From the NCBI GenBank assembly GCA_964188305.1, contig OZ076893.1: a stretch of DNA of 64,000 bases; one strand, given 5' to 3'. Positions 24,624 to 36,610 of the stretch are shown piece after piece. Origin of the DNA: Podarcis bocagei (Eukaryota). A program made the position numbers and the translations under genes. Every line of letters begins with the position of its first letter. Within the stretch, counting starts at the first letter, position 1. A model generated the notes under the pieces. The model was given only the letters and a program-made list of their open reading frames with translations. It was not told the DNA's origin and did no database searches.

Positions 24624-25896
24624 TAAGATAGGGTCAGACAAATTCATGGAGACTAGTTGTGGTGGCTATGTTCTACTTCCACTTGCCAGAGGCAGTAAGA
24701 TTTTGACTACCATTTACTTGGAATCAGAAGTGGGGAGGATGCTTGCTGTATCCCCATAGGTGTTTTGTTTGCCATTGTGAGAACAGGATGTTTGACTAAG
24801 TTGGCCTTTTGCCTCCTCCCACTTCAATAGGCACAAGGCTCGCCTTGTGTTCTTGTGTCTAATCTTGTCATATAATGTTAAAACACAACAGACTACATTT
24901 GGATTTACAAATGAGGTTCATAAAAATGCAAGTAAAATCAGTTCCTAATTTTTAAAATTTAAGAGCTTTGCTATCATACAGGGTGGGGGTGGGAAATCAT
25001 TTGAGATTTATGTCAAATGATTTCCATGTGAGAGGTGACTGAGAATAATAAGAGGGCTTTGTGCTGTTTAATTGTGGGGGAAATGGTTCCTGTCTTCTTC
25101 TCATATTAAACCCAGTGATGTGTACCCTGGAGGTTTCATCTGTTATATTTGGTTGGAGATATTCACCTCAGAAGAAGTGCTTCTTGGCACACACAAAAAA
25201 AATAGTTCAGGTATAGCAAAAACACTGCCTAAAGTACAGCTGAACTTTTTGCATGAATTCCCTTTCAAAAAGTGAGCAAATTCAGCATACTTCAGTTAAA
25301 ACTGACCTAAGGCAACTCTTAATATATGCAAAAAAAACAACAAAAAAACTTCTGAGACAAACTTCGGGAACAAATCTACCCCTCCAGGATCCCTTGTGCC
25401 AAAGAGTTGCTACATATTTTAAGTTTGCTCACTACACACAACTGTCACCTTTTTAAAATTCTTACTCTTCTTGTGCTGTGGAAATTCCCTGGTCATTCCT
25501 CCTACACAGAAAAGCCTATTCAAAGGACTAAGGGGCATTTGGAAGGCACAAGTTACCATAATAAATACATTAGCTTTACAAAGCAATAGAAATATATAGC
25601 TTTAGTGCTTAATAGGATAGCTTCTGGGGAATTACGGTACCTCTGCTTTTTTGGCTGCAGCAACACTCAGTGTAGGGGTTGATTCTAAAACAATAAGGGT
25701 TCCCTGCAAACAAAATGAGACCCATGTTTCTTATGAGCCGCTTAAAGTACCCAGATAGCAAAATGGATAATATTCATACCTTGGACGTGCACCAGCTAGC
25801 TAGACCTAGAACGGCCACCTTTGTTTTTTCATTCTATTCCAGAAAATCAGGAGGCACTGGAAAGCCTATCTCTGTATGCATTCAGCCAGAAGATCA

Positions 25897-26787
25897 TCCC
25901 TCACTTCTGAGGCATAAATGCTGGTTGTATCACTTGGCTGTTCAGCTGGTATATACTTGAGATGAGAAGTATAAGCTGATCTTAGTGACTTGGGGGGAGC
26001 TTGCACCCATCTGAGGCAGTAAGATTATACAGTGGTACCTCAGGTTAAGAACTTAATTCGTTCTGGAGGTCCGTTCTTAACCTGAATCTGTTCTTAACCT
26101 GAGGTAGCACTTTAGCTAATGGGGTCTCCCACTACCGCCGCACGATTTCTGTTCTCATCCTGAAGCAAAGCCCTTAACCCAAGGTACTATTTCTGGGTTA
26201 GCAGAGTCTGTAACCTGAAGCGTCTTTAACCCAAGGTACCACTGTATAATGCTGCTAGTTTATTACATTTCATGTTTATAGGAAGGAACTTTAATAACAG
26301 CTTGCCTTGAACCCTTGTAATTATTCAGATACCATGTATAGGTTGGTTGCTATTGGCTCTGAGGATATGGTTATAGCCATATAAGTGGGGAGAGGACTTA
26401 ATTGACAATTGCTTCTGCTTTCCCTACTCACTACCTCATTTCTCCACCTGCTCTGTGCACTCCACAAGATGTCCTGCTGCAAAAAACAACAACATTGAAT
26501 TGGGATTGACAACTCCTAAGAATCTTGATTCCTGTAAACCATCTAATTGAATTATTAGTGACTTCCACATAAATTCCAATAGAAACATGAGTGGTATGGG
26601 GGGGAGTTGCTTGTTTGGTTAGGTTAGTTGTGAGTCAGTTCAAGGCAAGGTTAGTGTTCAGATTTTGATATAGAAGCATCACATGCACCAAAAAGTGCTG
26701 CTAAAGAGCTTATACTTCTTATCTCAAGTATATACCAGCTGAACATCTAAGTGATACAACCAGCATTTATGCCTCAGAAGTGAGGGA
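25897..26787. repeat. 81-bp inverted repeat pair (25897-25977 / 26707-26787)
   Basis: Arms match at 78/81 positions by manual alignment; 729-bp spacer. Confidence 0.9.
26030..26244. mobile_element. Tc1/mariner MITE, family C
   Basis: TA-CAGTGGTACCTCAGGTTAAG ... AAGGTACCACTG-TA; reverse homologue of 41266-41507 and 42014-42231. Confidence 0.85.
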
Positions 26788-27406
26788 ACTAGAGCATAGT
26801 CAATGGTCTGTTTCTTTCCTACCAGATTCAGATAAGCATTTGGCCCTTTAGTAGCACTTTTGGGTGCATGTGATGCTTCTATTCAGAAATTGCCTAAGGA
26901 GAATGAAGCTTGAAGGACTGGGTATTGCAGAAATGCAAGGAAGAAATGAGAAACAGACCCTAGTATTAGCAAGAAATAGTGGGCAGCAGAACCTATTAGG
27001 TGTGCACAATTTATGACCTACATTCTGAAGGCAATCCACTAGCTATTTATGGCAGCCCACCAGAGGCTTGCTATAAAGCCCCTGTTTTTGCTGCATGCTT
27101 GGGACTGTGAAATGCAGGAAGCTGATAAGCACCTGGTGTGCTTTTGGTATGATGAGTTTAAATTTCTGAAGGCCTGGACTAGACCTAATATAAGGATGAA
27201 CTGTGACCAGGAGTCATTGAGAAGTATGGGAGACAAGTCAGAGAAGCCAACAAGATGGCTGACTGGCCTGAGGTACAGGTACTAATTTATTGGGTTTTTT
27301 CCTGTTCCCATGACTTGGTTCTGCCCTACACTGTACTCTGTATCATGTATTTTATGCAGAGATTTCCCAGAAATAATTTAGGGCTGGGTACACATTGCTC
27401 CTGAAA

Positions 27407-28122
27407 GGGACACGGGTGGCGCTGTGGGTTAAACCACAGAGCCTAGGACTTGCCTATCAGAAGGTCGGCAGTTCGAATCCCCACAACGGGGTGAGCTCCC
27501 GTTGCTCAGTCCCTGCTCCTTTCAACCTAGCAGTTTGAAAGCACATCAAAGTGCAAGTAGATAATTACTGTATTTTTCGGCCTATAGGATGCACTTTTTC
27601 CCCTCCAAAAATGAAGGGGAAATGTGTGTGCGTCCTATGGGGTGAATGCAGGCTTCAGGAGAGCCCCACTGCCAGCCCCACAAGCTCGGGGAACAGCGGG
27701 GAGGCGCAGCATGCCTTTCCCGCTGTCCCCCGACTTGGTTAGAAGGCTGGCGGGGGGGGGGGGAGAGAAGCCTGCTCCTCCCCGTCACCAGCCCCGCAAA
27801 CTCAGGCTCTGGGTCCCGTTCTGGGGGCTGGCGTCAGGGGAATTTTTTATTCCTTTATTCCCCCCCCAAAAAAAATCTAGGTGCGTTCTATGGGCCGGTG
27901 CGTCCTATAGGGCAGAAAATACGGTAGGTACCGCTCCGGCGGGAAGGTAAACGGCGTTTCCGTGTGCTGCTCGGTTCGCCAGAAGCAGCTTAGTCATGCT
28001 GGCCACATGACCCGGAAGCTGTACGCCGACTCCCTCGGCCAGTAAAGTGAGATGAGTGCCACAACCCCAGAGTCGGTCACGACTGGACCTAATGGTCAGG
28101 GGTCCTTTTACCTTTACCTTTA
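27407..28122 (+). mobile_element. Sauria SINE interrupted by a Tc2/pogo-like MITE
   Basis: SINE head at 27407, resumes at GGTACCGCTCCGGC after 27926; (ACCTTT)n tail. Confidence 0.9.
27568..27924. mobile_element. Tc2/pogo-like non-autonomous DNA transposon
   Basis: TA TSD (27566-67 / 27925-26); TIRs CTGTATTTTTCGGCCTATAGGATGCAC / GTGCGTCCTATAGGGCAGAAAATACGG; GC-rich interior. Confidence 0.85.
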
Positions 28123-30144
28123 CAATTGCTCCAGTGTGTTCCTGCACCAGGCGTTTGAAGCCGAGCACATACTACATTAGCCATAATCCTTATGTATCCT
28201 GTAGTTTCTTGAGAAATACTGCTGTTCAGTGTATTTTCCCTCAAACTGGCTTCCATCTAAGATGTAAAAATCAGCCAAAGTCAAGCTGAGGTGTGCACTT
28301 TTGAGATGTTCGTTGCATATGCATATTCATTGAATTGGAGCTACAGGGTGTTGGAGGTGTGGGGAAGCAAATCAGGTTCTGTGCATCAGGTGAAGACATC
28401 CCCTCACCATCTCTGGGGGTGGAGCATGACCTCGTGTGTGTTGCCTAGCATTCCCAATCTGCTTTTACTGTAGCTTTGTGTTCCTTTTTGTGAATTTGTT
28501 TCTCTCTCTCTTATGTGTGATGCACATTAGTAGTCATGCAAAACCAGCTTTGAATGGGGAATTAGATTAATTCTGGCAAGTTGGAGAACAATGTACACTT
28601 AATATTAGGATACACCCAACAGGTCTCCAGGGTGCTGAACAACCTGGTCAAAAACAGCTTTAAGGGGTGTTTTTCTACTGTGGGTCTCTGGAGGTCGTTG
28701 GGCATGGGCTATTAGTGGGGCCCCTGGCCCCTTCCACCTCAACCCCCCCCTGCCTCTTTGCCCTACCCCTTTAAATGAACAAAAAATTGTATGTGATATG
28801 GCATCCCTAGTTTCCTGCAGTTCCTGTGCTAGCTATCCATAGCTACTAACTGAATTATTCTTTTTTAAAAAAAAAAAAGTCAATAATTCTGCTGCTTGAA
28901 ATTTATTCTCTGCCCTTCAGGCCCACAATCTAAAAGGAACAACATAAAAGACAAAGGGGATGGGAAGGAAAGAGGAAACAAGCAAAGCCATGGAATAATT
29001 CCTAGAAGTTACACAGCTCGATGTGTATAAATAATGATCAGCTTGCATGGAAAGAGTTTAGGGAGCAGAGATGGGGTAAAAAGGCAGCTGGCCTTTTAGC
29101 TGAGCTGATAGAGAAGGCCCCACTGTACCACTTCTTCCTCTGATGTAGGCAATTAACCAAACTAACCAAATGAATTCTAGCTATCCGTACCTCGGACAGA
29201 TGCAATCACTTCTATGATCTGGCTTCCAGTTTCTTGCAAATACTTGGGAGCAGCGTTGGTTGCATCATGCCACTCCTGTTTTCCCTCTCCTTCCTAAAGT
29301 ACAAAATATTTCATCACCTTTCCATTTAATTCGTGCAGCATGCCGGAGTGATAGAAACGGATACAAATATAGATTTAGGTATAGAGATGACACACACTGT
29401 GATTTATAGGCTGTTGAAACCTCTGGACTTTCTGAAATAGCTTTGCAATGTCATCTTCAGGCAGTCCTCTCTGATATACTGTGCTTGATTCTGTGTCTTG
29501 AGGCTTCCCCCTTGCTAATCATTAGCTTCAAGGGTTTAGCTTTCAGCTTGGCTTCTTCCATTTCTTCCTTGCAGCTGTAGGCATGGTGCTATTATTACTT
29601 TCTACTTCCGGGCCTGGCCTTCTTTCCTGTAACTGCAGGACTGGGCATTTGCTCTTTCATCTTTTTCAGATTTCAGGTTTCGCCTTGTTCTTTTGCTTTA
29701 GGCTTTGACTTACTTGAACAGTTAAAGTCTGCATCTTCACAGACTGGACACATTTTACCACTTGATAGAAGTCTCAAAATCCTCTACTTGAAACACTTGG
29801 GGTCTTCTTCCCCTGCCCTGAATTTTGATTTATTTATCTGTTGGTTTATGTGGTTTATATGCTGCCCTTTGCACAAGCCACAAGGCAGTTTACAGCATAG
29901 GGCTGTTTCCAACAAGGTCATTACGGTCAAACAAAGACTTCTACCTGTACATCCGAATTTCCCCTCCTCCCATGCCCACCTAAATCTGCTCCCAGAGCAG
30001 ATTTGAAGGAGGGGAATTTCCATTGCACAAACACAATGCCCTTATTAGATACAGCCCAACATCAATATAACAAAAAGGAATTCATAAAAATGGCACTGTC
30101 CTTATTAATACACAACAGATAAATAACACACTAAGTAGCAATTA

Positions 30145-30503
30145 GGGACGCGGGTGGCGCTGTGGGCTAAAGCCTCAGCGCCTAGGGCTTGCCGATCGAA
30201 AGGTCGGCGGTTCGAATCCCCGCGGCGGGGTGCGCTCCCGCTGCTCGGTCCCAGCGCCTGCCAACCTAGCAGTTCGAAAGCACCCCCGGGTGCAAGTAGA
30301 TAAATAGGTACCGCTTACCAGCGGGAAGGTAAACGGCGTTCCGTGTGCTGCGCTGGCTCGCCAGATGCAGCTTTGTCACGCTGGCCACGTGACCCGGAAG
30401 TGTCTCCGGACAGCGCTGGCCCCCGGCCAATAGATGTGAGATGGGCGCACAAACCCCAGAGTCTGTCAAGACTGGCCCGTTCGGGCAGGGGTACCTTTAC
30501 CTT
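30145..30503 (+). mobile_element. Sauria SINE, young CpG-rich subfamily
   Basis: Full length with perfect 13-bp TSD TAAGTAGCAATTA (30132-30144 / 30504-30516). Confidence 0.95.
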
Positions 30504-31444
30504 TAAGTAGCAATTACTAATAGCATCAGCAACATACCCAGAGGTGGCAAACATCAGGTCTGTGAGCCAGACCTGCTCCACCAGGGGTTAAAATGAAGTT
30601 TGTTTTCCCCATACCACACCAACTTTTCCCCGTAGCTGAAATATGTGACATCAGGGGTGGGGCAGGTAGAGATGTGGCTACCAATGCACAAATGGGAGCC
30701 TTAAAGCGGGATCCTGATTGTTATTGTTGTTCTCCCTTTCATTTCTATACCACTTTATGCTTTTAAGAGAAATAAAATCTCAAAGCAGTGGTGTTCTCCT
30801 CCTCTAATTAGATGTACATGTTACTATGAGCAAGTCTCTTGTATCAACACTGCAACTCTTCCTGCAGATGCTCTTTGTTTATTTAAAAGGTCTGCTGGTG
30901 CTGTTAGCTTCTTGTCATGTCAGACTCTGTAATCCAGTTTGTGTGCAGTATTAAATTATGGGTGACGTGTGGACAGCTAACTACTAGTTTTTGCAAAATT
31001 AATGTGGATGTTTACCAGTTGGCAGGTTCTTCTGATACAAGTGTCATGCCATGCTCCTCTCCTATGAATCCTGTAGTTGATGTTAGATGTTTCAACTGAT
31101 GCTGTGCAATAAATTTAAACATATATGCATTTCCTAAAATTGTGCCATTTCTGGCACAGCAGTAGTCATTGTTATCTCTATTTATTTGAATCAGGGGGGT
31201 CTGCAATGGAACGGGAAAATCCAAAGAATTTGGCTTGGCTTCCTCCTACAAACAGAAGTGCATTTCCACTCATGCAAGACTTCTGTGGATTCCAGCCTGT
31301 ATCGTTGGGTATTTTACATCGTGCTGTTACGATGATAATAGTATTGTTATTATTCACCCCCAGAGGCGCACTCCATTGTCTTTTGAGACAGAGGAATGCC
31401 AATAGCATTATTACTATTCACATGATTTATACATTGCTTGTTCA

Positions 31445-31657
31445 CTGAATTGCACATAATCTCAGCAATATTTTCAGAAATCCTGAAAGTTGGAGCAGGT
31501 TGGTCAGAGCAGGATTGTCCCCATATTACATATCAGGGACCGAGGCTGAGAAATGGTGGCTTGTTTAAGGCTACCTAGTGAGTTTAATCCTAGAGGGATA
31601 TTTGAAGTGGAGACTTCCCGGTTCCTACTCGTAGCTGTTGTGTTACACCAGCTCTCT
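31445..31657 (-). mobile_element. Old MIR-like CORE-SINE remnant
   Basis: TCCCCATATTACA..GAGGCTGAGAAA..GGCTTGTTTAAGGCTACCTAGTGAG, ending ACACCAGCTCTC. Confidence 0.5.
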
Positions 31658-32477
31658 TTTTATTTCTTTTCTTCCACATGAATTAAACCAAAACTGATTG
31701 AATTGACTATGTGGAAAAGGCCCGAAACACTCCCTCTCTTGGACTGTTCTTTTCATGGTTATTCAGCAGTCCCTTGTGACCGCAGGCAACTAGTAGAAAA
31801 AATCCATTGCCTTGCTTGCATCAGCTACTAGAGCTGTTTTGCCTGGTGCTTCAGCAAAGAGAAAGATACTGGGAGGCTAGGCTTTAAGCTCTTTGCTGGC
31901 GGGAAGCAGCAGACATGGGCAGGAAGCCTGACACATATTCATAGTATTGGTAAAGACATGCAGCATTTCTCTGGGAGACATTTTGAAAACCTTGGAACTA
32001 TTTCTGGATCTGCTGGGAGTCGCTACTGGCAGATATTTCCTGCTGGGCTGAGGGAAAGAGGCATCCATCTCTCTGTTACATAGGAAATAAAGCATAAGTA
32101 TTTAGCACCACTCACCTCGCTTCCTCCTTTCCCAGGCATAGTATGTTCTTTCCATCTGGCACAAATCAATGGAGAGCAGACGGTGCTTTACAAACACTTG
32201 AAAACCACCCAGTGATGGCTCGTGTTGAGCATAAGGCTGTGTTGTGCACAGAGATGCCAGCGGCAATTTCTTGTGTAGTTAGTGCAGAGTGAATGGAACT
32301 CCCTGCATCCTCACTTCCCTCCAGCACATCAACCCATCACCAGGTAGAAAACGCATTCCAAGCATACAGTACTGCAAATTCATATCAGGTTTATATCCAT
32401 TTAACTATCAAGGCTGCCACTCCGGGGAACTTGGGAATTGTCATATGGTGAGTATGCTGACAATTTCATTAGGGATA

Positions 32478-32938
32478 CAGTGGTACCTTGCTTCCCGAAA
32501 AAATCAGCTCCCGAACGTTGCAAACCCGGAAGTAGGTGTTCTGGTTTGTGAAGGCTTTTGGGAAGGTGAACGTCTGTTTCGGCTGCCAGCATTGTTTCCA
32601 GGGCCAGTCAGCCAATCAGAAGCCATGCATTGGTTTGCAAACGTTTTGGAAGTCGAATGGACTTCCAGAATGGATTGAGTTTGGGAACCAAGGTACCACT
32701 GTACTATACCTCGGGTTACAGACGCTTCAGATTGCGCGTTTTCGGGTTGCACACTGTGCCAAACCCAGAAGTACCGGAACGGGTTACTTCTGGGTTTCGG
32801 TGCTCACGCATGCACAGAAGCGCTAAATTGCGCATGCGCAGAAGCGCCGAGTCATGACCCATGTGTGCCCAGACGCAGCGCTGTGGGTTGCAAATGTGCC
32901 TCCCGCATGGATCACTTTCGCAGCCCGAGCATCCACTA
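32478..32938. mobile_element. Adjacent Tc1/mariner MITEs (family B 32478-32701, family A 32704-32938)
   Basis: CAGTGGTACC..GGTACCACTG-TA then ATACCTCGGGTTACAG..CCACTATA; homologous to the 11222-11717 pair. Confidence 0.8.
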
Positions 32939-33687
32939 TACTAGTCTTAGCCCGTCTCATGGAACTAGGCAGGATTCCTTATAAGGAAGGAATTACTATC
33001 AAATAAATCCAGGTAACACTCCAACAAATGTCACAAAGCTGGTAAAGACTTGGGCAGGCACATTCACACACCCACACCACACACACACACACACACTTTT
33101 CTGTATGTGTGTGTGTTTTGCAACCGACACACAATATTTTATGGTTATTGAAGGCTACTGCACATCCTCAGTTCTCATTGGTCTGGGTTTATTTGTTCTT
33201 TTAAGAAAAATGTGTAGAGAAATGTGCACTTCTATATACTTTGGGGGTTTTACCTCTGAGTTGCCAAGCTTTGGCTCCAGTAGGGTCAGTGCTCAACCAC
33301 CTGAGTACACTATTAGAGGGAATGGTAAATCTGTGGTGGCTAAGACATGGAGCCATGACTTAGGAAATTCTTAGTTTGAATCTTGGCTGTCTCATGGGCC
33401 TGAGTTAATTCTTTTTCAGCATCACCGTATGCAGTGTATGAGTAATATGTGTGAGGTGGTTTGAATGCTCTATTTTGGTATAATTATTTCTGTAGCATAG
33501 ATATAGCCTCTCATGTGTTGGTTTGTAATGCTTTGTAATTGGTGTAGAATAATAGAATGAAAATTCCCTGGATGCCTATATCCAGGTTTGGAGCAAATAT
33601 TTTCTTGGTGAGAGAGCCCCAGGATAGATTTAAAATTACAAAACATGAAGCAAAAAAAAGCATGGAAATATCACCTTTTAAGTTTCT

Positions 33688-34096
33688 TCCAAAGTTCCCC
33701 TTACTTCCCTTAGCATGGAAAGAGACCACATGTTTGGCAAGTTAAAAATAGTTTACTTACAAAGTCTTCGAAGGTGCTTTCCCATACAGCAGCAGGAAAA
33801 GACAGGCAGTTCAACTTAGTTTCGAAAAGATATGAGTTTCTAAATTATTTTTATAGAAACACAAAAATGGCTTGCTAAAGCCATGCAGTCTAATCTTGGA
33901 GGGCCTTCTTGGTAGTGACACCCGCCCTGTGGCATGCCCTCCCATCAGATGTCATGGACAACTGACTTTTAGAAGACATCTGAAGGCAGCTGTGTATTGG
34001 GAAATTTTTAATGTCTGATGTTTTACAATTTTTTATATATGCTGTAAGCCTCCCAGAGTGACTGGGGAAACCCAGCCAGATAGGCAGGGTATAAAA

Positions 34097-34147
<51 letters not shown>

Positions 34148-34350
34148 AGGATTAGATTCTATCTAGCTCAGACGTCCTTTCTGATCAGATTCAAATGGTG
34201 GAAGAGAATGAACAAAGGCTTTGGTTATCCTTCTTCCCAAAGTGAAGAGGCATGACCTAATCTGGCAGGACTGCTTACTTTATGGCCTTAACCCCTTCAT
34301 GTACTAACTAGACTGCTAAGCATATACTATGAGGCTGATATTTATCTCAC
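33688..34350 (+). repeat. Diverged paralogous segment, copy A (copy B at 62356-62780)
   Basis: Several collinear blocks shared with copy B; interrupted by an L2 tail insertion. Confidence 0.85.
33896..34146 (+). mobile_element. L2-clade LINE 3' end with (TGA)n microsatellite tail
   Basis: CTGTGGCATGCCCTCCCATCAGATGTC, AGACATCTGAAGGCAG, CCCAGAGTGACTGGGGAAACCCAGCCAGA; same family as 15830. Confidence 0.85.
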
Positions 34351-36089
34351 ATGATGATGGTGGTGGTGGTGGTGGTGGTGATGATGATTTGGGCTCCTTA
34401 AGAAAAAAATGCTATTGTAAATTGCATATATGAGAAACTGTGTTGCTACCTCTTTCCTAAAGCAACATGCAATTATTTACGAATTATTTATTTAATAAAT
34501 AGTCCTAGTGATTGTTGTGCTTTGTTCTAACAAAGAACGAACTAAGATATTCTTCACTTTTAATGAGTATTATGAGAATATCATCATTTTATGTGTTAAC
34601 ATATAAAAGCCTGGGAACTTTTTTTTTTAGGTTTATGATTTAATTTCAGATGAACTAATCTTTTGCTTTCATGAACATGCTATTTTCTCACATATACCCA
34701 TTTCCCTCTTTTTAAACATGTTGTAATGTGAACATTTTGACCCATTTATCAGTATAATGTATTATTTTTGTATCCTTCACAACTGTAGTTGAAATTCACT
34801 TTGCATCAATGGTTTTGCAGTGTGGCACCGATGTGGTTCAGCTTCCAGTTGTTGGCCCAGCAAATATTTATTTTGAATTCTAAACAGAGCTAAAGCATAA
34901 AGTATAAAGCTAACGCATAAAGTTAACAATTCAGACTGTGCAGTCTGAGACTTACCATATTTTGGATTATTCATGTTAAATCCCGGCGAGTTACATTTTA
35001 ACGGTGTTGAACAAAGATGTTGAAAACTGATCAGGATGGTTCTTCTGAGTGGATTGTATAAATGAGATAACAATCAGCAGTGAGAATAAGGCAAACAATG
35101 ATAGGAGGGAGGGGGGAGTAAGCAGTTTGAAAAGCTTCTGAAAATTCACTTAGAGTCTTACGTGTCAGGAACCATTGTGCTTATCATTTGAAATCAGACT
35201 CCCTGCTTTATCTCTGCTCTCTATCAGCTGTTAGACCTTGGCAATGAGCAAACAGCTTCTGAAAGATTGTCGGTTTGTAGCCAGTGCAGGCAAAGCATCC
35301 TTGTCAGGAGTGGTAATACGTGTCGACAAGCGCACATTAATTTTAGATTATTCTTTCTGACAAGACTGTTGATTTGGAGGTTTGCTGCAACTGTTGGTTT
35401 AGGCAGGCATGGAAGGAAGCTGGAGGCATTAAGAAAATTCAAAAGAGCTTCTTCGTTTTGTGTGGTGGGGAGACACATTAGTATCCTTATGAAAAGTCTT
35501 CCTAAATTTGTTAAGAGTTTAGCTTTGCACTTGGAAAAGTGAAGTGAACTAGAGATGTATTTCAAAGTCTTAACAATGTGGAAGAGGTAACCATGGCAAT
35601 TTATCCTACGCAAGTCAAGAAAGCATGAATGGTAACATAGTGTCCCTCAACCTTTAAACAGAAGACACTTCAGTTAGCTGAAACATACATGTGCATGTTG
35701 CTTTATGTGTGATGGAGGGGCAAGGAAAAATGCTCATATCAATATTTATATCTATTACATTTATCAAACTATGGTTGCATGTGTTGAGATTTTTTTCCAG
35801 ACTATAGTACCAGTTTGTTTGTACACCAGAAAAAGAAACCAATACTCTTCTTGAAGTGCAGGATACACTCTCTAAATGGAATATGTGATATGAGAGAGAG
35901 ATGCTGAACCTGAACTAATATGGTTCATTTTGTTTTGTGTGGTTGGCTGGTAGCTCTGGGTGGGCATGGACATCATCTTCTAAAAGGGCATCTATGAAGA
36001 CCATTGTGGATAAAATGAGCACTAGGACATGCTTCCACATCAGCTGCCCAAATAGTCCTCTCCTGCCTCTAAAGATGGAGGGAGAAATT

Positions 36090-36272
36090 TGGGGCAGTTC
36101 ACAGTTTTATACAAACCTATCCAATTCACATTTCTTAAATAATACACCGACTAAAATGCAGTTCTGTCAAAAAAATTCACTTCCCTGAATTTTGCAGTGC
36201 AATAGTCCAACCAAATAATGTGTGCAGAAATGCATGTATTAGGGAAAGTGTGCATAAAAATGCATATATTCA
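36090..36272 (+). repeat. Unclassified old dispersed repeat (copies at ~44690-44920 minus, ~56955-57150 plus)
   Basis: Shared TGAATTTT..GTGCA..TCCA.CCAAA.AATG...AAAATGCAT.TATTAGGG.AAAGTGT.CATAAAAATG. Confidence 0.6.
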
Positions 36273-36339
36273 TGCTTGCTTTGAGAGATTAATGTTTCAT
36301 TGAAATAAGTTCCATCTGCCTTGAAGAAAGTGACGTGTG

Positions 36340-36610
36340 TTCCCTTCTTAAGGGGGCCTTTTTTAGAACCAGAAGTGCTTAACAACTACTTCCTGTTGGT
36401 GACTTTTTGGGCAAGGTGGTGGCAGCCGACTTTCAGGCATGTTTGGAAGAAACTGAACACCTGAATTCATTTTGGTCTTATTTCAGGACCAGTCTTGGCC
36501 CTGAAGAAACGTTGGTCACTCTGGCTGATGACATTTGCCAGGACAGAGGTGGGGGAAGGAGTATGATCCAGCTCATTCTCCTTGACCTCTTGACAGCTCT
36601 TGACCAAAGT
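36340..36610 (+). mobile_element. L2/CR1-clade reverse transcriptase fragment
   Basis: LGKVVA..FQA.LEETEHL...SYFR...G.EETLV.LADD......G.....LILLDL..ALD; a similar remnant lies at ~51715-51960. Confidence 0.7.

Larger units (their letters stand above)
21830..24850 (+). mobile_element. Internally deleted CR1 LINE (ORF1 zinc finger/esterase remnants plus ORF2 3' end), host of nested insertions
   Basis: GTGTGTGCTCAATGCAATGAGCTCCTG (VCAQCNELL); TGCCTGGTGCCAAG (LPGAK); GGGCTATACAAAAGAGAAAGGCTGCATTTGAACCAG (GLYKRERLHLNQ, SGNH esterase C-terminus); ORF2 end ELENVQRSTAKMIKGLE; CR1 tail near 24830-24860. Confidence 0.75.

Noticed and set aside
29400-29790. Purine-rich minus-strand stretch resembling a Lys/Glu-rich exon
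   Set aside because: Stops in the frames examined and no recognisable protein.
33690-33715. Collagen-like GSKGNFG / GEEGNFG on the minus strand of the duplicated segments
   Set aside because: Only two Gly-X-Y triplets, produced by the plus-strand pyrimidine tract; the implied upstream intron (~52 nt) is too short.
35224-35613. Overlapping sense/antisense ORFs (129 and 91 aa)
   Set aside because: No domain or motif; a few ORFs of this size are expected by chance in 64 kb.
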